Below, in pieces: positions 1 through 9,373 of a stretch of DNA of 64,000 bases (position 1 is the stretch's first letter; each line of letters begins with the position of its first letter). Source of the DNA: an uncultured Alphaproteobacteria bacterium (GTDB lineage: Bacteria; Pseudomonadota; Alphaproteobacteria; RF32; CAG-239); assembly GCA_934277545.1 (NCBI GenBank), contig CAKQUG010000008.1:6862-70861 (forward strand), in the 5' to 3' direction. Made by a program: the position numbers and the translations under genes. The notes under the pieces are model-generated. The model did no database searches and was not told where the DNA came from. It was given only the letters and a program-made list of their open reading frames with translations.

Positions 1-459
1 TAAGGTTAGATTAGAGAGTTGAACCAAACCCCCGTTAACATTCAGTATATCAGCATTATTTCCGGCCGTAACGCTGTTTTTATCTGCAGTTTTAATTTCT
101 TCGCCTGCCGGTTCTTTTCCGCTCAAAATCAAAACGCCGTCATTTTCAACCAAAAACAAATTATTAGCGGCATCATCAAGCGCTGCAGAAATATTATAAT
201 CATTCAGCTGTATTTCTATACCATTATTTGAACTGACAACAATTTTAGAATTTATGACAATATCGTGGGGTAAAATATAAACACCGCCCGAATTAAAAGC
301 CTCATCTAAAGACATCGGCATCGGCAGCGTCTCGTCCCCTGTGCCGGCATTTGCAACATTCATAGTGCCAAACCAAATTGCCAGCGCATACCAAGCCGTA
401 TGCTTAAAAGTATTTTTCAACCAGCAACATTTGAAAATGCCATAAAAATTTGTCACCAT
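1..459 (-). CDS. Partial (N-terminal part) secreted protein, Asn/Gly/Val-rich, possibly a beta-helix adhesin; the ORF runs off the window start
   Basis: Minus-strand ATG at 459 gives MVTNFYGIFKCCWLKNTFKHTAWYALAIWFGTMNVANA, a signal-peptide-like hydrophobic stretch with an ANA|G cleavage site. The frame stays open with no stop down to position 1. It is absent from the supplied ORF track, probably because it is truncated by the window edge. Confidence 0.4.
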   Translation of the reverse strand, partial: MVTNFYGIFKCCWLKNTFKHTAWYALAIWFGTMNVANAGTGDETLPMPMSLDEAFNSGGVYILPHDIVINSKIVVSSNNGIEIQLNDYNISAALDDAANNLFLVENDGVLILSGKEPAGEEIKTADKNSVTAGNNADILNVNGGLVQLSNLTL

Positions 460-678
460 AACATCTAGCACTCTAAAACAACAAAAAAATTATACGCTCT
501 ATCTGATATTTCTATAAAATACAAAAATTATTACGTCAACAGATATTAAATGTTAATCCTCATTTTATCAACTAAAAATAACATGATAAAATGCCTTGTA
601 TACGTTCTCAAGAATATAACTATATAAAAATAATCCCCAAGTTGTCCTAAAAAAAACGACTTGAGGATTATTTTTATA

Positions 679-1911
679 TTACAAGGAATAGAGGCGATGT
701 TTTTCCTCTTTAGCACATTCCTGCAGCAACGGAATAAATTTATTCAAGGAGTTGCTGTTATAAAACACACAATAGTCAATAGCTTTTTGCAGAATTTTAC
801 ATCGTTCCGAACTATTATAGCGACAGTTGCTATAAGTGTTGTACATTTGCAGACACAGCACCAACATAGACACCTTATTGATTTTTTTACCGTGCATCAA
901 ATTGCAGTTCTTGCGATTTTTCAACAATGCGGAAACATATTCCGGCAAAATTGCAACTTTCTTTTCATACGAATTTTCAATAAACGCCGCATACGCAGTT
1001 TCAGCAAGTAAAATCTCGGCTTTCAATTCCGGATAAACGGATAGCACAAGATTTTTTCCGTTTTTCAACCAGCTGTGCGCCAATATCTCACGCAGAACAT
1101 TCACATCGTTCAGTTTAAGAAAACGTCTGATTGCGTTTTCTGACGGAGTATTGTCCATATTATAATGGCTCAGCGCATATTGAGCAAAAGGACGATTGCT
1201 GATTTTATCTTCTTTATTCCACACCAACACATCCAAAAGTTTCAGCTGCAAATCAAGATTTTCCAACGCGTTTTTACCATATTCACGCGCCAAAACTTCT
1301 AATGCAATCTTCAAATAACAACGACTGAAATACGGATATAGTTTCATTCGGTTATAAGACACTCTGTCAACCAAATACTCAAAAGACGCGGAAGAAAGAC
1401 GAATACGCTCTAAATAAGTTTTTAAATTTAAAAACATTATTTTGAGTTTATTGCTGTTGTTGCGTATAAGCCGTTCTGTTTCATTTTTTGCCTCACTGAC
1501 ATTGTCAAAAATATTATATGAGGTGGAAAGCACCTGAAGATTAAGTCCGTAAACCACTTGATTAGTATTTAATTCAAGAAGTTTCCGTTCATTTTCTTCA
1601 CTCAAAGCATGCGGAATTTTGAGAAAGACAAAGTTTTCAGACACCGCCTTTTGCAACAAAACCCGCTCCACTTCTTTAGCAAAGGGCTTATATTCCGTAG
1701 TTTTGAAATACAGTTCCCATAAATTGCCGGTATGCACCTCTCCTCCATATAAACATAAGCAATTTGCCACTTCCGCCGTTGACATTTTCTGCCATATCTC
1801 TTTGATTTGAGAGGCGACAGCTTCTGATTTATGCCGCATATATTTTTGGCACATATAGACAAACTCTTGGTTTGACAAAACAGAGGTGTTTTTAACATTA
1901 AAATTTACCAT
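679..1911 (-). CDS. Hypothetical protein (410 aa), predicted alpha-helical, no recognisable motif
   Basis: Long uninterrupted ORF with plausible codon usage and no overlapping competing ORF of similar length. Confidence 0.5.
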   Translation of the reverse strand: MVNFNVKNTSVLSNQEFVYMCQKYMRHKSEAVASQIKEIWQKMSTAEVANCLCLYGGEVHTGNLWELYFKTTEYKPFAKEVERVLLQKAVSENFVFLKIPHALSEENERKLLELNTNQVVYGLNLQVLSTSYNIFDNVSEAKNETERLIRNNSNKLKIMFLNLKTYLERIRLSSASFEYLVDRVSYNRMKLYPYFSRCYLKIALEVLAREYGKNALENLDLQLKLLDVLVWNKEDKISNRPFAQYALSHYNMDNTPSENAIRRFLKLNDVNVLREILAHSWLKNGKNLVLSVYPELKAEILLAETAYAAFIENSYEKKVAILPEYVSALLKNRKNCNLMHGKKINKVSMLVLCLQMYNTYSNCRYNSSERCKILQKAIDYCVFYNSNSLNKFIPLLQECAKEEKHRLYSL

Positions 1912-2018
1912 AAGAATAAAAGATTATAAAATAATTTGAATTTGCCTCAAATATAGACAAACATCTTTCATTTGTCAATTAAAAAAGAGACCCACGCATA
2001 AAATGCGTGGGTCTCTTT

Positions 2019-2444
2019 TTAATTTGCAATATTGTCTTCAAATTCCGGTGTGTAAATCTTTTCATCATTTTTTTGAATCAACTTACGCACCTTGTCGCCT
2101 TCTTTGACCATACACCATTTTTTATAGTCTGCATAACAGCAACCGTTATTCTTTTCAACTTGAACAACATATCCATCTGAAAGTTTTATATAGGTTACTT
2201 TTTCTTCTTGCTTTAAAGAAACAACCGTAACCACAACTTCCTTAACAATTTGCTTTTCACTATTCTGCTTGGAACTAAGCCAAAAACCCAGACCGGTAAG
2301 TCCTCCTAATAATATAAATATAAAGGACAATACAAATAATACAAATTTAGTATCATTATTCAATGAACATAACCTTGTACCCAGTTCTTTTCTGTAAGCA
2401 ATTATCAAAATAACGACAATCGCAACAATCCATAAATATAACAT
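2019..2444 (-). CDS. Small two-TM membrane protein, paralog of the 3563..4078 product (conserved C-terminal KEGDKVRKL..YTPEF motif)
   Basis: N-terminal TM helix, second TM helix, then a soluble domain whose C-terminus aligns with that of the 3563..4078 product. Lies directly downstream of the SPFH gene on the same strand. Confidence 0.6.
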   Translation of the reverse strand: MLYLWIVAIVVILIIAYRKELGTRLCSLNNDTKFVLFVLSFIFILLGGLTGLGFWLSSKQNSEKQIVKEVVVTVVSLKQEEKVTYIKLSDGYVVQVEKNNGCCYADYKKWCMVKEGDKVRKLIQKNDEKIYTPEFEDNIAN

Positions 2445-2472
2445 ACTTAATTAGTTTTAAGGGTTAAACATT

Positions 2473-3363
2473 TTACTTACCGATTTTCATAAACGGTAAG
2501 ACTGGGAAACCGCCTCCTTCGTTAGCACCTTTCATAATGGTCAATGTCTGCGGAAGCGAGATGTTGCCGTTCCATTTTTGCAAAGCCTTAGCCATTTCAT
2601 ATTGCGCTACAAACGGATTGTCTTTAAGAGCCTCTGCCTGAATTTGAATTTTCAAGCCCTCGGCTTTAGCCGCAGCCGCTAAACGTTCATAAGCCTGAAT
2701 TGCTTCCAACTTAACACGTTCCGTAGCCTGACGAGCCATCTGCACCTTATACTCTTCAAGTTTTACGCCTTGCTTGGCCTGAGCTGTCTGTTCCACCAGT
2801 TTTTCAAACTCAGGAGATGCCTGATAACTCAAAAGTCTGAAGGTTTTGACCGCCACCAAATTATCCGCCAACAACTGGTCGTTGACAATATATTTGACAG
2901 CATCCATGGTCATAGACTCTTCACGCCCCACAAAAGACCATATATCGGTTAAAGAAGACAAAGCCAGCATTGTGCTGTTGACCATATCTTTAATAACCTT
3001 TTGTTCATAAGCGTCATAGCCTTGATATTTATCGTAAAGGCGGTGAACTTTTGAATCGTTCAACTCACACAAAACGGCACATTTCAAATCTATTTGCTGC
3101 AAGTCTTTGGTACGCACCTTAAAGGTATATTCATAGCGATGAGGCACAATATCCACCAAAACAACCTCGTTGCCCATTTCCTGACTGTACGGGATATACC
3201 ACACCAGCCCCGGAGCATACGACGAGTCTTGAATTTGTCCCCACTGCCTTTTAATTCCTCGCTGTCCGGGGTCTACCTTAACAAACGAGTGTTTCGCCAC
3301 ATTTGAACCAACCGCACCGATTATTATTAAAATAACCAGCAGCCACGCAACTTTTTTATCCAT
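2473..3363 (-). CDS. SPFH/band-7 (prohibitin/HflC-like) family membrane protein
   Basis: N-terminal TM anchor, an SPFH-like core, and a C-terminal Ala/Glu/Lys-rich coiled-coil region (..AQAKQGVKLEEYKVQMARQATERVKLEAIQAYERLAAAAKAEG..). Confidence 0.75.
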   Translation of the reverse strand: MDKKVAWLLVILIIIGAVGSNVAKHSFVKVDPGQRGIKRQWGQIQDSSYAPGLVWYIPYSQEMGNEVVLVDIVPHRYEYTFKVRTKDLQQIDLKCAVLCELNDSKVHRLYDKYQGYDAYEQKVIKDMVNSTMLALSSLTDIWSFVGREESMTMDAVKYIVNDQLLADNLVAVKTFRLLSYQASPEFEKLVEQTAQAKQGVKLEEYKVQMARQATERVKLEAIQAYERLAAAAKAEGLKIQIQAEALKDNPFVAQYEMAKALQKWNGNISLPQTLTIMKGANEGGGFPVLPFMKIGK

Positions 3364-3478
3364 AATGTTTTTGATTTAAGTTATACAAAAAGAAATAAAC
3401 TCAAAACAAGCCCGATTGCAAACTAATTTACATATAGGACTAAATAATAGAAATCATAATTTTTTGACAAGTCGTAAT

Positions 3479-3504
3479 TTGACATATTTACGACAAAATG
3501 TCAA
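3479..3504. promoter_or_regulatory. Palindrome TTGACATATTTACGACAAAATGTCAA (TTGACAT-N12-ATGTCAA) within a duplicated terminator-promoter module, upstream of the SPFH gene
   Basis: A near-identical roughly 70-bp module recurs at about 4180..4255 (a second palindrome copy at 4185..4210). The TTGACA arms double as -35-like hexamers. Confidence 0.5.
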
Positions 3505-3562
3505 GTATTTTACACAAAAAAAGACTGTGTTTTTTATAACACAGTCTTTTTTTTGTGCTTAG

Positions 3563-4078
3563 TTACTTCTTTGCATTGTCTTTATTGATATCATCATCAA
3601 ATTCAGGCGTATACTCCGTCTCTTTATTTGCATAAGTCAATTTACGAACCTTATCGCCTTCTTTGGTCAGCATCCATTCTGTATCATAATCTTTATCAAC
3701 TTTAATGGTATGCCCATCTGAAAACTTAACATATTTATATCCATGACCTTTGCCATCATCTTTAACATTTGAGATAGTCAGCACAACTTCTTTAAGCGGA
3801 GGCTCATTTTCTATCTTATTCAAATGATCAGAACCTACAATCACTAAGATAAAGAGAAGAACTACAAGCACCATCCCTCCCGTTGTCAAGATTAACGCAT
3901 TACCATCGCAGTGTTCGCAATCATGCTTGCAATGTTTTAAGTCATGCATAGCATGCTTAACAAAAGAATCTTCACTGTCTTTTTTCTTAATTTTCTGCTT
4001 GCCGAAGAAAGACTTTAACTCACTTTTATAAGCAATCGCTAAAATAACAACGACTGCTGCAATGCTAAAATACAACAT
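3563..4078 (-). CDS. Small two-TM membrane protein with a His/Cys-rich insert (HDLKHCKHDCEHCDG), paralog of the 2019..2444 product
   Basis: Same architecture and conserved C-terminal motif (KEGDKVRKL..YTPEF.D.I) as the 2019..2444 product. The insert has metal-binding-like His/Cys. Confidence 0.6.
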   Translation of the reverse strand: MLYFSIAAVVVILAIAYKSELKSFFGKQKIKKKDSEDSFVKHAMHDLKHCKHDCEHCDGNALILTTGGMVLVVLLFILVIVGSDHLNKIENEPPLKEVVLTISNVKDDGKGHGYKYVKFSDGHTIKVDKDYDTEWMLTKEGDKVRKLTYANKETEYTPEFDDDINKDNAKK

Positions 4079-4184
4079 ATTAAATAAATTTTAAAGGTTA
4101 AACAATAAACTGCAACTAATCAGTAACTTCTTTTATATCTAAGCCTGAATAATACTCATCATAATTTTTTTGATAAATCATAAA

Positions 4185-4210
4185 TTGACATATTTATGAC
4201 AAAATGTCAA
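4185..4210. promoter_or_regulatory. Second copy of the TTGACAT-N12-ATGTCAA palindrome/promoter module, upstream of the 3563..4078 gene
   Basis: Roughly 93% identical to the module at about 3465..3545, including the flanking hairpin-plus-T-run. Confidence 0.5.
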
Positions 4211-4265
4211 GTATTTTACACAAAAAAAGACCATGTTTTTTATAACATAGCCTTCTTTGATTTTT

Positions 4266-5147
4266 TTATATTTTCGTTTTTTTGCAATAACCAACCTGCT
4301 GCAGACGAAACATAATTTCCTCGTCGGCTTTTTTGAGTTCTGCCGCATCGGAACCGCTTTCTTTCAGCAAACCGGAATAAGCATCTAAAATCAACTGCAT
4401 ATCATTTGCCGGAATATTACACTCCACACTATAATCTTTAAAGCTGTCATTCATACTTAGTTGATTCAGCAAACGAATGGTACAGCCCCCCTTTTCCACC
4501 TTAGAAGTAAGTCCCTTGGTTATAGCAATATCGTTATTGGTGCGGCGGTGTAAATATGCGTTATGTCCGCTGCCGCTTTTACTGCACAAATTAAGTTCTT
4601 GCAGCAAGCCTGCATATTCATATTGCGGTTGATATGTTGTAATGTCATTATTTATGAGCAACTGTCTAATATCTGTCATACTATGAATATTCGGCAGTAA
4701 TTCAGTCGGAACAGACAGTACAAAATCATCATAGCGAAGCTGACATTTACCATTTACTTTTCCTACAACCTCAATTTCTTCAAATCCGGCTAAATTCTGC
4801 CATTCTCTTGCCGATTGACACTGATACAGCGCACCCATAAAATCTGCCGAAAAATTACTCGGGTTCGGAGCATATTCCACCGGTTTCGGTTCAGGTTCAG
4901 GTTCAGGTTCAGATTCAGGCTCTTGTTCCGCTGTTTCTGACGCATTTTCATCATCTGCCGCAGGAGTTTCAGTATTGTCTGCATTATCTGAATTTATATT
5001 TTCATCTTCCTCATCAGTTAAATAAGCACTCTCTTCATCAATCGCCGAATTTTCCGTTCCGGTTTTAGGCTCTTCCATTAACAACGGTTCGGCAAACGCC
5101 GGAAACGTTAGCATAAAAGCAAGTAAAATAACCAAATGTTTTTTCAT
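4266..5147 (-). CDS. Secreted acidic protein with an (EP)n low-complexity tract
   Basis: Signal peptide MKKHLVILLAFMLTFPAFA. PEPEPEPEPKP is encoded by a (TTCAGG)n-type hexanucleotide repeat near 4880..4910. Strongly acidic N-terminal half. Confidence 0.6.
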   Translation of the reverse strand: MKKHLVILLAFMLTFPAFAEPLLMEEPKTGTENSAIDEESAYLTDEEDENINSDNADNTETPAADDENASETAEQEPESEPEPEPEPKPVEYAPNPSNFSADFMGALYQCQSAREWQNLAGFEEIEVVGKVNGKCQLRYDDFVLSVPTELLPNIHSMTDIRQLLINNDITTYQPQYEYAGLLQELNLCSKSGSGHNAYLHRRTNNDIAITKGLTSKVEKGGCTIRLLNQLSMNDSFKDYSVECNIPANDMQLILDAYSGLLKESGSDAAELKKADEEIMFRLQQVGYCKKTKI

Positions 5148-5170
5148 TTAAACTTCCTTTCATCATTATT

Positions 5171-6172
5171 TTACAACAATTTTGTTTTATGACTGCCATA
5201 GCTCTGCCCTATGGTTCGTCCTATACTCATAATTTTCAGCCCGATACAGCTGCGGCAATGCGCCGGCGTATCGTTAACACAAATTTTTCCGGGATATAAT
5301 TCATACAATTTACGATATTCACCTTCGGTAATATTCGGCATAACCACATTGGCTCCGCTTTGCAAAGCCTTAATACGCCCCTGCGGGTGCAAACTTTCCA
5401 TAGCGGTGGTCGCCGGAATATTGATGTCCGGCAGCATAATCCGCATTAAAGCCATTGTCCGCAAGGCTAAATCCAAAGTTCCTCCGGCGGTGTCTTTCAG
5501 CGGTGTTTGCTGATGTGGAATAAACGGACCTATACCGGCCATATCAACCTCCAATTTCTGCATAAACAGCAAATCGTCGGCTATAGATTCCACACTTTGT
5601 CCCGGCAACCCCACCATACTGCCCGAACCGAGTTCATAGCCCAGCTCTTTCAGCATTAACAGACATTCATAGCGGTACTGCCAGCTCATAGCGGGGTCAA
5701 GTCTATGATATAAGTCTTTATCGGTTGTTTCTATACGCATTAAATAGCGGTCGGCACCGGCGTTGCGAAAATCTTTATATTCTTCATATTTACGTTCGCC
5801 TAAACTAAGCGTAACAGCCACGTCAAACTTTTTAATTGTTTCAATAATTCGGCACATTCTGCCAGTGTCATAATACATATCTTCGCCCGACTGCATAACA
5901 ATGGTTTTGAAGCCCAACTCGGTGCCGCGGCGCGCTGTTTCTATAAGCTCGTCTTCACTCATCCGATAGCGCTGCAGCAGTTTGTTATCACGGCGAATAC
6001 CGCAATACAGACAGTTGTTACGGCAAATATTGGAAAACTCAATAAGCCCGCGCAAATGCACTTCGTCTCCGACATTATCATGGCGAACCTTGTCGGCTTC
6101 CCGCAACAATTTTTCCTGTCCGACATCGTCTTTTAACCGACGCACGATTTCTTCTTTATTTAATTTTGTCAT
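5171..6172 (-). CDS. hydE: [FeFe]-hydrogenase maturase HydE (radical SAM, biotin-synthase-like)
   Basis: CxxxCxxC radical-SAM motif (CRNNCLYCGIR). The length and biotin-synthase-like architecture are typical of HydE, and a HydG gene is present in the same window. Confidence 0.7.
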   Translation of the reverse strand: MTKLNKEEIVRRLKDDVGQEKLLREADKVRHDNVGDEVHLRGLIEFSNICRNNCLYCGIRRDNKLLQRYRMSEDELIETARRGTELGFKTIVMQSGEDMYYDTGRMCRIIETIKKFDVAVTLSLGERKYEEYKDFRNAGADRYLMRIETTDKDLYHRLDPAMSWQYRYECLLMLKELGYELGSGSMVGLPGQSVESIADDLLFMQKLEVDMAGIGPFIPHQQTPLKDTAGGTLDLALRTMALMRIMLPDINIPATTAMESLHPQGRIKALQSGANVVMPNITEGEYRKLYELYPGKICVNDTPAHCRSCIGLKIMSIGRTIGQSYGSHKTKLL

Positions 6173-6226
6173 ACATTTAACATAGCAAAAAGCCGATAAA
6201 ACACAAGTTATTTTACCGACTTATCC

Positions 6227-8074
6227 TTATTTATAAAACCTTAAAGCCCGCATGGCGTTAAGAATGGAAATTACCGATACTCCGACATCGGCAAACACCG
6301 CCGCCCAAATAGAGGCGTATCCGGCAGCGCCGAGTCCAAGCACTGCAAATTTCACAGCTAAAATAAACACCACGTTTTCATGTACCAGGCGCAAAGTTTT
6401 TTTAGAAATTTCAATCGCTTTGGCAATTTTTAACGGCTCGTCGGTCATAATAACCACATCCGCCGCCTCAATAGCCGCGTCCGAGCCAAGCCCGCCCATG
6501 GCTACACCTATATCCGAGCGCGCTAAAACCGGCGCGTCGTTAATGCCGTCGCCCACAAACAATACCTTGCCTTTCGGCGTTTTAACCGACAGCAGTTCTT
6601 CAAATTTCCGCACCTTATCCGCCGGCAATAATTCGGCATAAAACTTATCTAAACCTAATTTTTCGGCCACTTTCCGCGCCGTACTTTCGCGGTCGCCGGT
6701 CAGCATAACAGTTTGCGCCACGCCTAATGTTTTCAGCTGACGCAAAGCCGGTTCGGCATCTTGTTTTATTTCGTCTTCAATCAACAAACACCCTTGATAT
6801 TGCCCGCTTTTCAAAACATGAATCACCGTTCCTACAGTTTTAATTTGCGGAACCTTAAAGCCTTTGTCTTTCAGCATTTGCACGTTTCCGAGCACAATTT
6901 CATGCCCATCCAGCTTTCCACACAAACCTTTGCCGAAACAATCTTTAATTTCTGACACGCGCGGCAATTCAATTTTTTTACCGTAAGCCTGTTTAATTGA
7001 AACTGCAATCGGATGTAAAGAATAGGCTTCCATATAAGCTGCGGTTTCTAATAATTCTTCTGGCGAAACACCGTGTTCCGGCTTGATTTCGGTTACAGCA
7101 AACACGCCTTTGGTTAAAGTGCCGGTCTTGTCAAAAACCACGGTTTCCGCCTGCGCCAAAGCCTCAAGGTAATTGCTGCCTTTTATTAACACACCGCACT
7201 TAGACGCCGCTCCGATACCTCCAAAAAAGCTGAGCGGCACGGAAATAACCAAAGCGCACGGACAGGAAATTACTAAAAATGTAATCGCGCGGTATACCCA
7301 AACTTGCAAAGGCTCGGCAAACAGCAATGGCGGAATAAAAGCCAGCAGCATCGCAACAATTACCACCGACGGTGTATACCAATGAGAAAACTTTGTTATA
7401 AAGTTTTCGACATCAGCTTTTTTAGAAGAGGCGTTTTCCACCAAATCTAAAATTTTCGCCACGGTCGATTCCGCATATACGCCGGTAGTTTTTACCTGCA
7501 GCACTCCACCTAAATTTATAGCTCCGCTTAAAACAGTGTCGCCGGATTTTACTTCCCGCGGTAAAGACTCCCCGGTTAAAGAAGATGTATCCAAACTTGA
7601 ACAACCGTTAACAATTACTCCGTCCAAAGGCACTTTTTCGCCGGAACGAATTTCTATGACACTGTCTTTTTTTACTTCTTCCGGACTGACTTCAAGCCAT
7701 TCTCCGTTTTTTTGCACACGAGCAAAATCGGGGCGAATATCCATAAGCGCGGCAATGGATTTGCGCGAACGATTTACGGCATAGCTTTGGAAAAATTCGC
7801 CTATCTGAAAAAACAGCATAACCGCCACGGCTTCGGGATATTCTCCAAGCGCGACAGCTCCAAACGTGGCAACGGTCATTAAAAAATTTTCATCAAAAAC
7901 TTCGCCGTTGCGAATATTATAAAAGGCTTTTTTAATAATAGGCAGACCGACTATCAAATAAGACAAAGCAAAACCAGCCAATTTCACGACTTGGGGCATT
8001 GGCAACATAGCTGCTGCAAATAATGCCGTCGCCAACAAAATTTTATGCAAATCTCTGCGTAATTTTTTAGTCAT
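6227..8074 (-). CDS. Heavy-metal (Cd/Zn/Pb-type) translocating P1B-type ATPase
   Basis: Has the CPC transmembrane metal site (SCPCALVISVP), the DKTGTLT phosphorylation motif and the GDGINDAP hinge. The track ORF begins at 8107; the more likely start is the MTKKLRR methionine at about 8074, which avoids overlap with the upstream HMA gene. Confidence 0.85.
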   Translation of the reverse strand: MTKKLRRDLHKILLATALFAAAMLPMPQVVKLAGFALSYLIVGLPIIKKAFYNIRNGEVFDENFLMTVATFGAVALGEYPEAVAVMLFFQIGEFFQSYAVNRSRKSIAALMDIRPDFARVQKNGEWLEVSPEEVKKDSVIEIRSGEKVPLDGVIVNGCSSLDTSSLTGESLPREVKSGDTVLSGAINLGGVLQVKTTGVYAESTVAKILDLVENASSKKADVENFITKFSHWYTPSVVIVAMLLAFIPPLLFAEPLQVWVYRAITFLVISCPCALVISVPLSFFGGIGAASKCGVLIKGSNYLEALAQAETVVFDKTGTLTKGVFAVTEIKPEHGVSPEELLETAAYMEAYSLHPIAVSIKQAYGKKIELPRVSEIKDCFGKGLCGKLDGHEIVLGNVQMLKDKGFKVPQIKTVGTVIHVLKSGQYQGCLLIEDEIKQDAEPALRQLKTLGVAQTVMLTGDRESTARKVAEKLGLDKFYAELLPADKVRKFEELLSVKTPKGKVLFVGDGINDAPVLARSDIGVAMGGLGSDAAIEAADVVIMTDEPLKIAKAIEISKKTLRLVHENVVFILAVKFAVLGLGAAGYASIWAAVFADVGVSVISILNAMRALRFYK

Positions 8075-8088
8075 ATCCCCCTCGCCCG

Positions 8089-8304
8089 TTATAAAACCAC
8101 TGTACAATCCGGCTCGATTTTTGCCACCACTTTAACAACTTTTTTCATCAGCTCGTTAATATCCTGATTTGTTTCAATCGTCATTTTCTGAGTCATAAAG
8201 TTAACACTGACCTTATCCACTCCCTCCACTTCTTTAACGGCCGCTTCTATTTTGGCGGCGCAAACCGCACAATCCAAATCTTCCAACTCATACACTTTTT
8301 TCAT
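8089..8304 (-). CDS. Heavy-metal-associated (HMA) domain protein, CopZ-like metallochaperone
   Basis: 71 aa with a CxxC metal-binding motif (DCAVCA) in the betaalphabetabetaalphabeta-type context. It sits immediately upstream of the P-type ATPase in the same orientation, as a separate gene rather than the usual N-terminal fusion. Confidence 0.75.
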   Translation of the reverse strand: MKKVYELEDLDCAVCAAKIEAAVKEVEGVDKVSVNFMTQKMTIETNQDINELMKKVVKVVAKIEPDCTVVL

Positions 8305-8409
8305 TTTTTCCTCTCTGCTTTACTTAAACGATTAAATATATGTTTAATTGTATAGTAAAAAAGCTCGGTTGTCAAGACTATATTTAAAGCATATTTTTTA
8401 TAGCAAAAA

Positions 8410-8441
8410 CACCGCTGATTAAAAAATCGGCGGTGTCTTTG
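8410..8441. terminator. Hairpin (caccgctgatt..aatcggcggtg) with flanking T/A runs; bidirectional terminator downstream of the 8447..9373 gene
   Basis: 10/11-bp stem read directly from the sequence, U-rich on both sides. Confidence 0.5.
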
Positions 8442-8446
8442 ATTAG

Positions 8447-9373
8447 TTAAGCCTCTAAAAACGGATTATTGATTATCTGCTTATAATCGTGAACAAACTC
8501 CGTATTTATGGCTTTAGGACTGAATTTTTGCGCAGTTTGAGTAAAAATCTGATTTTTACGGTGCAAAACTTCAACACATTTTTGCAGGTTGATTTTTTGT
8601 TTGCGGCGCTTTGCCAAATACTCAAGCGTTTTCAAGAACAAATCAACCGGTTTCATCAGCGTGAAATTCGCCGGAATATCCTCCAAAATGCGTGAAAATG
8701 AAATGTTTCGTTCTTTCATCAACGCAATGTTTTCATCAAGCCCCTGAACCACACTGGTTATAATGCGGCACGTTTTGTTATAAGCGGCTTCATTTGAGGC
8801 GTCGCGCGGCAATTCATCAAAAAGCGATGATGTGTATTCCGCAAAAGGTTGCGTATTAACCTTGTCGCCAAACAGATAAGCCTCGTATTTTTGCTTGCGC
8901 GCTTCATCCAAATCGGCAATTTCCGGCTGGACAGCTTCAACATCAACCGCCAGACACACCGGCAGCATAAGCGGTAGTTTGTCGCGATAAAAATGCAACA
9001 AGGTGGCAAACGCGTTCAGCGGCTTATCAGGCTTTGTTAACGCAGCGCAATCCCAGTCAATATAAGTTTGCAGCAGTTGCTTTACCTTATATTGCGGATA
9101 GTCAACATGGTGCGATTGGTGCCTACGGTGGAAAGATTGGATTTGCTTTTCGTTCATCCACGGCAGCAGATATAAAACCAATTTGTCGCAGTCATGCAGC
9201 CAACCACTCAGTGAACAGCCGCCGGTAAGTTCGCGCTCTTTTTCCAAAAACGCCAGCTTGTGCTCAAGCGTATAGGCAATAGACGGAATTCGCCAGGGAC
9301 CGTTTGGATTCCAACGATTACTGACTTTGGTTAAAACTCGCCGAAACGGGGGATTTAAAAAATTTATAGCCAT
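8447..9373 (-). CDS. Hypothetical protein (308 aa); possible HD-like metal-binding motifs (..GWLHDCDK.., ..HRRHQSHHVDY..)
   Basis: Long ORF. The HD/His clusters are only suggestive of a phosphohydrolase-type fold. Confidence 0.45.
   Translation of the reverse strand: MAINFLNPPFRRVLTKVSNRWNPNGPWRIPSIAYTLEHKLAFLEKERELTGGCSLSGWLHDCDKLVLYLLPWMNEKQIQSFHRRHQSHHVDYPQYKVKQLLQTYIDWDCAALTKPDKPLNAFATLLHFYRDKLPLMLPVCLAVDVEAVQPEIADLDEARKQKYEAYLFGDKVNTQPFAEYTSSLFDELPRDASNEAAYNKTCRIITSVVQGLDENIALMKERNISFSRILEDIPANFTLMKPVDLFLKTLEYLAKRRKQKINLQKCVEVLHRKNQIFTQTAQKFSPKAINTEFVHDYKQIINNPFLEA

Noticed and set aside
6252-7784. Plus-strand ORFs within the P-type ATPase gene (for example 6252..6641)
   Set aside because: These are Ala/Ser/Thr-rich translations antisense to a well-supported ATPase, so they are spurious.
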